From assembly GCA_012295275.1 (NCBI GenBank), contig CM022677.1, positions 11,966,001-12,030,000 of the forward strand: 64,000 nt of DNA. The letters are read 5' to 3'. Under the pieces are notes generated by a model. The model made no database searches. It had not been told where the DNA came from and worked only from the letters and a program-made list of their open reading frames with translations. Positions 56,410-64,000 of the stretch are shown piece by piece. The translations under genes and the position numbers were made by a program. Each line of letters opens with the position of its first letter. The first letter of the stretch is position 1. The stretch is from Chrysomallon squamiferum (Eukaryota; Animalia; Mollusca).

Positions 56410-56900
56410 ATCCTACGTTAAAAAAATATAATTAATATTTCTATTAACGAGGCGGCAATGCCGTCGGTCCAGGATTGTTCCTAACGTCATTGGTGTACTC
56501 CTCATTATTCCTTTTCGTTTTTTCATTCACTGTTATTCTTATTTTCTGAACGTGCCCATCCTGAATTAAAATATATTATTAATATTTCTATTAATGTCGC
56601 TGTCGCTACATTCGAACATAGTTCTCGGAGCAATTCTCACTATTCTTTTCCTTTTTATTAATTATTATTCACTCTTTTTTAGTATTCAGATCCTATTCTA
56701 AAATGTATATACCATATCTATCAATATCACCATCGTTGCCGTCGTAACGGCGTTGTTTCTAGCTTTCTAGAGTCCTTCTCATTATTCTTTAGAGCTTTTT
56801 ATGAATCATTCCTCAAACTTTTTGAGCGGGCGAATCACCTCTTCAAATATATTATTGTGATTTCTAGTAATGTCGCCGTCGTTCCAGTATTAACGTCTTG
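56410..56900 (+). repeat. Second array of the 120-130 bp family seen at 23730-24300
   Basis: Shared tttctattaatgtcgc, gttgccgtcgtaacggcgttgtt, gcgcccatc/gtgcccatc, gagcgggc..atcacct. Confidence 0.8.
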
Positions 56901-57540
56901 GTTAATATCACACGTCACTGTACAGTATTTCTTTACTTAATACTACTAATATCACGTCTCAGTTTTTAATTTACTTAATACTGCTAATATCGCGTTACTG
57001 TACATATTTATTTACTTAATACTGCTACTATCACGTTACTGTACAGTATTGATTTATTTAACGCTCCTAATATCACGTTACTGTACAGTTCTTTTTTTAC
57101 TACTGCTAATATCACGTTATCACGTTACTGTACAGTATTTTTATTTATTTATTTACGCTCTGGTAATATCACGTTACTGTACAGTACATTTTTTACTTAA
57201 TACTGCTAATATCACGTACTGTACAGTTCTTTTTACTTAATACTGCTAATATCACTTTACTGTACAGTATTTATTTACTTAATCTGCTAATATCACGTTA
57301 CTGTTTATTTACTTATAGTTATTTAGTTAATGCTGCTTCAGTCAATACTGCTAATATCGTTACAGTATTTATTTACTTAATACTGCTAATATCATTTTTT
57401 CTGTTCAGTATTTATTTACTTAATACTGCTAATATCATTTTTTCTGTTCAGTATTTATTTACTTAATGCTTCTAATATCACAATACAGTATTTATTTACT
57501 TAATACTGCTAATATCACAATACAGTATTTATTTACTTAA
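56900..57540 (+). repeat. About 42-bp minisatellite AATACTGCTAATATCACGTTACTGTACAGTATTTATTTACTT
   Basis: About 14-15 tandem degenerate units. Confidence 0.92.
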
Positions 57541-58009
57541 AAGGAGATTCTTCATATTTCGCAGAATAAGGTCCGCTACAGGGAGAAAGAATGAAAAAGA
57601 AAAATAGAAATGAAATAAAGTGTAAAGATTTTGTATAAAAACATTTTGTATCAATTAAAACTAACAGTTATTCAAACACATTCATAAAAATAAAATAAAA
57701 GAATTAAAAAATATGGAATAACGTAATAAAAAATAGAAATGTCATAAAATGTCTTAACATGGCGAGTTTGCATAAACGATTAATAACTAGTGACATCTAA
57801 TTTGTATGTGTTTTGAAGAAGAAACAGAACAACTGCAGACAACACTTCAAAATTTTCATAACTTAAGAAGTGCGCCACTTCTAAATGACAGCTGTAATGC
57901 ACATTTTAATCTGTTATTTGTTTTTTCTCTCTTTTTTTCTTGAGGTGTGTTTTTGTTTTCTTTTTTGTCTGTATGTTACTTTATTCTGACATAAACAAAT
58001 TATTAATAT

Positions 58010-58600
58010 AAGAAATCCGTGAACATCTTCCAAGTTACGAAGATTTAGAAGGGGTCGCTGCAGCTCTGTTTCGACTTCAAAACACGTACAAATTAATGCT
58101 ACAAGATTAACAGACGGTTTTATATATGAACGATATAGACAGAGATTATCAGCAGAAGACTGTTATCAATTAGGTCGCCTTGCATACAAACAGAAAAAAT
58201 ACAAATATGTGCATATCTGGATGGAGACAAGTCTTGAGAAAGTAAGAACAGAAAAAATTCAGAACGTATCTCGGTTAGAACTTCATGGCTATGAAATACA
58301 CGGTAGAGAATTAGCGGGACAGATAGAACACGGTTTAAATTTGACAAATGAACAGTTAATGTTAGCTCGTGGACAAAAACGTGCTCCGAACAGAAGGAAA
58401 AAGTGTTCAAGTGTATCAAAACTTAGCAAAGAAAGGAGGAAAAAATGCCAGTTAAAGAAAACACAACTTTCGATGCTCTCTGTCGTGGTGAAGACGTTAT
58501 TGAAGTACGACAGAGACATCGTTTGAAATGTCAAACAATACCATAACAATATCAAAAATCCACTTCTAATTCTTAAGCCTGCTAAAGAAGAGATTCTGTA
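58010..58600 (+). pseudogene. P4HA: Prolyl 4-hydroxylase alpha subunit pseudogene fragment (N-terminal domain to peptide-binding region)
   Basis: Colinear peptides LPSYEDLEGVAAALFRLQNTYKL, LSAEDCYQLGRLAY, IWME, DALCRGED, YHNNIKNPLLILKPAKEE match the P4HA motifs 'FPxxEDxxGAAxALxRLQDTYxL', 'LxAEDCFELGKxAY', 'YExLCRGE', 'NPxxxLAPxKxE'; multiple frameshifts and stops; catalytic domain absent. Confidence 0.88.
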
Positions 58601-58699
58601 ATTGATGTTAAACTTGGAGGCCATGACAGCCAAAGAAAAGCGAAAAAAAAACTTAACTAAAAAAAGCATACCCCCCAAAAAAACGCAGTCGATCAATGA

Positions 58700-58860
58700 C
58701 AGACTGTTTATCCTCTGACAACTGATAGACCATTAACATTTGTAATAAAAAAAAATATTCCAGTTTTATGTTATTTTAGTCTTTAGAAAAAGCTCTCTGT
58801 CTAAAACGGTATATCACGTTGGTCTCAATGAATCATCCGGTTTTGACAGCGTCCACTGTA
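58700..58860. mobile_element. Possible right end of a pogo/Tigger-like DNA transposon
   Basis: Ends ccggttttgacagcgtccactg|TA, resembling CAGTGG-type TIRs with a TA target site; no left end found. Confidence 0.35.
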
Positions 58861-59401
58861 TTTATTTTTATTGTTTATATTTTAGTTATTTATCACATAT
58901 TAATAGATACGGTATATTGTTTATAGTATGTAAATTGATATTCCTGGAACATACCTACACATTTACATTTATTACTCATTATAAAGCTATATTCGTTTCA
59001 GTTGATTTCTTTATATATACTGGTATACCTTTATATAATGGTAGAATATTACTTTCTTTAAATGTTTTTTGCTTTTTTTTAATTCTTTATGTACGTTGGA
59101 GTATATGTTTGTGATTTAGTTTGTAAAATGTTTCGTCGTCTGCTTTTTGAAACGTTCTCAAGAGCAGATAATCGAAAATGAATTATTAAACAATACGATG
59201 TAGAATCTTGTCACAAGACTCGAGTGTAATTTTTATTTTTTTGAGAAATTTAGCTGAATTTTTATTGATCAATCAACAGAGTAATCACTTATATTTTGCT
59301 TTTCATTTAAGTTATTATGTAATTATATTTAGCAGATATGTAATAGTATTTTCAATAATATAATTATCCTTTAAATTATATAACTTATAACTACATAATG
59401 A

Positions 59402-59446
<45 letters not shown>

Positions 59447-59912
59447 AGATTAGAATGACAACAAAATATGAATGATGTTTATTATTATCTGAATAAAATT
59501 TGCAGGTATTTTTCCTTCGTAATCTGTGGAAAATCTGAGATTCATTTCAGTCATTTGGCAAACAGAACACTGAATATCTCATACAGTTTCAAACCAGTAT
59601 ACACATGTTTTATATCAAAATGATGCTTTCTAAAGCCCTACAGTATTTTTAAGCATGATGCATAAACTATTACAATGCCTCCACTTAATTTCATAATAAA
59701 ATGTTTTTCTTTTTTCATTTTTAGGAGATCTCACTGTGTTGAAGACATAAGTCAACATGACAGATTTCAGTTGTATCCTGTTTTAGTTCACGTTGTATCT
59801 TATACATCAGTCAAACAATAAGACACCTACTTCAAAAAAGAATCATTTTAGTAATGTTTTGTGCATGAGACTGTACAGTGTATTAATATCTTTTGTGATT
59901 ATGATTACAAAT

Positions 59913-59961
<49 letters not shown>

Positions 59962-59973
<12 letters not shown>

Positions 59974-60204
59974 AATATTATTATAACAAATAATTGTATT
60001 AATATTTTACGGTGTCTACATATGAAATAACCTGGTCATATTTTTCTTAAATTTTTATTCATCTTTATAGGTTTTTATCGTTAACATAGAGTTATACAGG
60101 TATTTAGCTTTAATAATATGAAAGAATTTAGGGCCCCACCCATTATATACTTTAATATGGTTAAAACAGTTTTATTAGTATATTAAAAAATAATAATAAT
60201 AAAA

Positions 60205-60239
<35 letters not shown>

Positions 60240-60680
60240 AAATTGACACATAGTTGTTGTATGGTGTTTACTTTGGTGTGTGCTACACAAGTCAATTTCT
60301 TTTAAAACAAATTTAATTACTGGCCACACAGTGATTGGTAAAACATTTTTTGTATATGCTGTTCACATTAGTACAAACACTGGCGAATTTTGTTATTAAT
60401 CGAGTGTCGTTATTTAAGGAAAAAAATAATAAAATTAATAATAAAATAAATAATAAATAAATAAATATTATTCCCGAATATGATGGCTGCCATCAGGTGG
60501 CTGTGATGTTTAAATTATACTTAAATAAAATTTAAAAAAAATCCAAACTCATTAACAACTATAATAATAAATAGTACTACCTGTCTGCTTCACAAAATGA
60601 AATACTTTAAGCAACTTTTTTGTTGCAATTACACCAATTCTGTATAAGATTCTTCAAACGTCAAATAAAAATGTAATCAG
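59962..60680 (+). repeat. Direct duplicate of 55172-56003
   Basis: See partner; starts at a (GT)n tract that is only a few units long in the partner. Confidence 0.92.
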
Positions 60681-61140
60681 CCTTAGAAAACGAATAGGAA
60701 ATAGTGAATGCAAAATGGGCTATAGACATAGAGATTTCAGCAGTTGTTATCTACGTCAAAATATCCACACACACACACACATTATTTATATATGTGATTG
60801 TTTTTATATGTGTTTATGCATATACTTATAATTAGAAAACGCGTTGGATTAGTAATTTTATTTTATTGTCAAAAATAATCATTTTCTATTTTCATTCGAA
60901 TTTATTTAATCTGCTTCGGTTGAACTTTAAGTCCAATTCGCTAGTTTTCCATTGTTTTTTACTAAACATTTATTCATCTATAAAACCTTTTAAAATTGAA
61001 TACAGAAGCATTCGGGATTGTACAGAAATACACTTCTAGAACAAAACATTTATAAATGTTTTTAAAACATTCATTGAATGATGTTGTATAGATCGAATGT
61101 TCTGTTACAGTTGTCCCCTTTCGCAAAGGTGCAGTTTTTG

Positions 61141-61179
<39 letters not shown>

Positions 61180-64000
61180 TATTATTATATTAATTATTAA
61201 AATAAATCATATAGACTGTCTAAAACATTTTTATGAGGATGTTAATGATCTACCTTTTAGTTTTTATTTTGTCTTGGAAGTGAACAACTTCCAATATTTC
61301 TTATATTTAATGTAATTATTTTTAATGCAGGAAAATTTGTAATTCACATGCTATAACATGAACAGAAGTTTAAATGTTTAACAACAAATGTAAAGAAAGC
61401 TAACAAACTGTTGAGAAATGGAAAAATGATGAGTTAATTTTACTTGAATTCTTTCAGTGGCTGTTTTCATTTGTCACCAGTAATCTATGTTTAATTACAA
61501 CGGGAAGGTCTACGTTATTCAAGGCCACCGAGAGACGTCCTGTCCGTCTCTTTACAATAATCTCTTACGTCTACAAATCGTCCTGGGGATGGGTAGTGAA
61601 ATTACTTCTTAATTTTGTTATACTGTACAAAAGAAGGTGCTGAAAGTTACACCTGATGTTCATCAGACTCAGAGACACACACAGATACAGAGACCAGGAT
61701 GAATTACATTTAGCTGTAAACTGACGGACATGCTGGATGCAGGGAAAGGAATCAGAGATGATTTGATGCATTTTTGTTCAACGGATAGATAAACCAGCAA
61801 GAGATTATAGTCTAATAGAAAGATAGATATGTATGTGGATAGATAGATAGATAGATAGGTATCAAGTAAACAAGTAAAAATGAGGTGTCAATTTTACTTA
61901 AGGATAACGCTATTTGCACTGTTCATTTTACCACTGAGTTATAAAAATACATTTTAAAAACGTGTGCACTGTTTGTGTAGTAGTTTACACGGGATTTTAG
62001 TTACATTGTGTTACACAGAACATTCATAGTCAGAGAGTAGCGGTGACACCAACCGTGTAAATTGTAAGAGAAGTCCGCCGATATCTTGAATAACTATAAA
62101 TATCCTTCCAGACTAGCTACCATTATTTCTCAGTTTAGAAAAAAGTTAAGTATCTGCACTACATCTTTAATTATACACATATTTATAATTAAAACAAATA
62201 TATATATATATTTAATTTCCGATGAAATGTATATAAATCGATGGTAAGAAAAATGTCTAATTGTAAATAAACAAACATATGCTAATAAAAGTAGTTTAAT
62301 AAACCTCAAAATGTTGATGAATTTCAGATTAATCAAATTATTTCTGGTAGTAAATAAAACGTCGATTTAAATTTGATGTTATTAACTTTTATTAATAACA
62401 GACTTCAACTAAGAGAGTTTTTTCGATTTTAGATATGTCTTAAAAAAAATAATAATAAAAAAAAGTATTGCCATTTTTGCTGGATCACATGATGTAGTCA
62501 AGCAGAATGGCAAAACTATTAAAGAATTCACACATGTTATCTTTCAGGATACCACACAATATAATCTGTGGATCAAGCTTATAACATATAACACTATTTA
62601 AACAGTGCAAAAATTAAGCAGAGTAAAATTATCAGTGTAAATAGTGTATTTTCTTAACAAAAATACTACGTTACTTTTGCTGCCATGATGTAGAGAAAAC
62701 AACACAAATTACGTTGAGAAATATCACATTAATATCACAGTTGCTAATGAAATATCATTTTTATCTGGTTTCGATATTTTAATCCTGAATATTCACTTTA
62801 CTTCTCAACTAGAAATATCAAAATGAATATGTAATTAATTATTTGCTAATGTCTAACAAATGTAACACCTGTCTAGAAAAAGAAAATCAGTATTTAAATA
62901 TCAGGTGCAACTAAAAACTAATCCTGATTCTGATAGTGACACAGAATTGAAATCTAGAAGGCCTCTTTATTTCTGAATTTCTCAGCTATACTTCTTGAAT
63001 GAGATGATATTCAGTTAGTTATACGACAAATCATACTGAAAATTACAGGTATGATTTCACTGTGAACATTCAGAAATATAGATGGAACTTCAGTGTTATA
63101 ATGTTTTTATTAACAACAGTAGCTTTACATGTTACGTCAAATATATATCGAGATATAAAGAGAGCGCATCTAGTTTGACATATTATAACCACAGTTAATC
63201 TATTAGATATTACTGACATTTATAAATGATAATTCTACATGGCGTTATGAAAATAAGTGGTGTAATTACCTGTAAAAAGAAAAAAATGATAATTAATTAT
63301 GAGCAGTGATATTTACAGTTTGCTAGTTAAGTATGTTAAGAAATGTTAATCTCATATTTTATTAATATTTATATCAAGTTATATTGAAAAATCTCAGAGT
63401 TAATTCCCTGGAATCATGATAGTGTGTACTGAGTAGCTGAGAACAAACAAGGTGAAAATGTTGTTTTATTATCCGAAATTTAATGTTTTCATTACATTCA
63501 TTAAAAGGTACATCAGCGCAAGTTGTATAGTGTAATATACTTTACATTTCTTATTATACCTGAAGTTCTCTTATTACATTAGATATTAATATAACCGCTT
63601 CACCAGTAATAATCTATATAACAATGAAGCAGACACCGTAGTTGTCAAAGTCCTCTCTTTGTCAACAGCTAAATAACCACAAATAACAATAATAACAACC
63701 TAATATTTTTATTTTTTATTTTGTTTTTATTTTTCTGTAAAAACGGAAGCTTCCTATATATGTTTGACGCTATTCTCTTAGTTTCAATAGAACTGTTCTG
63801 AGTGCGGATATAAAAATTACTTCGAATTTTTTGTTAGGCCTCGTATAGTTATCAGAGAAATCAGATTTATTCTTAGTGTATTTTTCTGTCGAGGTATAAA
63901 CAAAATACTTCTTTTTCAAGAAAATAATGATAATAATAAAATAAGAAAACCGCTGATTTATGAGAAATCGTGAACTTTTATAAAACCACAGTTAACTAAA

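Noticed and set aside
61500-61780. GC-richer exon-like block
   Set aside because: No convincing open frame, splice pair or recognisable motif by eye; left unannotated.

Overview
AT-rich, microsatellite-dense animal genomic DNA. A mollusc or other lophotrochozoan is my inference from the BTB-BACK-PHR gene, TTAGGG-type repeats and repeat landscape. There is one 200-N gap (16523-16722). Most ORFs in the track are simple-repeat artefacts. Real coding signals are: (i) a disrupted, apparently intronless secreted protein with a CBM6/galactose-binding-like domain (8031-8967, -); (ii) a spliced BTB-BACK-PHR gene (11403-13057, -) with a 1-nt frameshift in PHR and a series of homologous small 5'UTR exons; (iii) a decaying multi-exon gene (about 17.4-22.5 kb, -); (iv) a 52-codon sORF of PM(E/D/K)VD repeats missed by the ORF track, whose putative 3' exon is complementary to its own start codon; (v) an intronless Topors/ICP0-type RING gene with 38-aa basic repeats and a hydrophobic tail, frameshifted inside the repeats; (vi) a prolyl 4-hydroxylase alpha pseudogene fragment; (vii) further exon relics. 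Mobile DNA includes a Tc1 relic, two hAT MITEs with 8-bp TSDs and a Gypsy-type LTR with a tRNA-Leu PBS. The window is heavily reshuffled by a 6-kb tandem segmental duplication, several short direct and inverted duplications and multiple satellites. All alignments and translations were done by eye and no database search was run.
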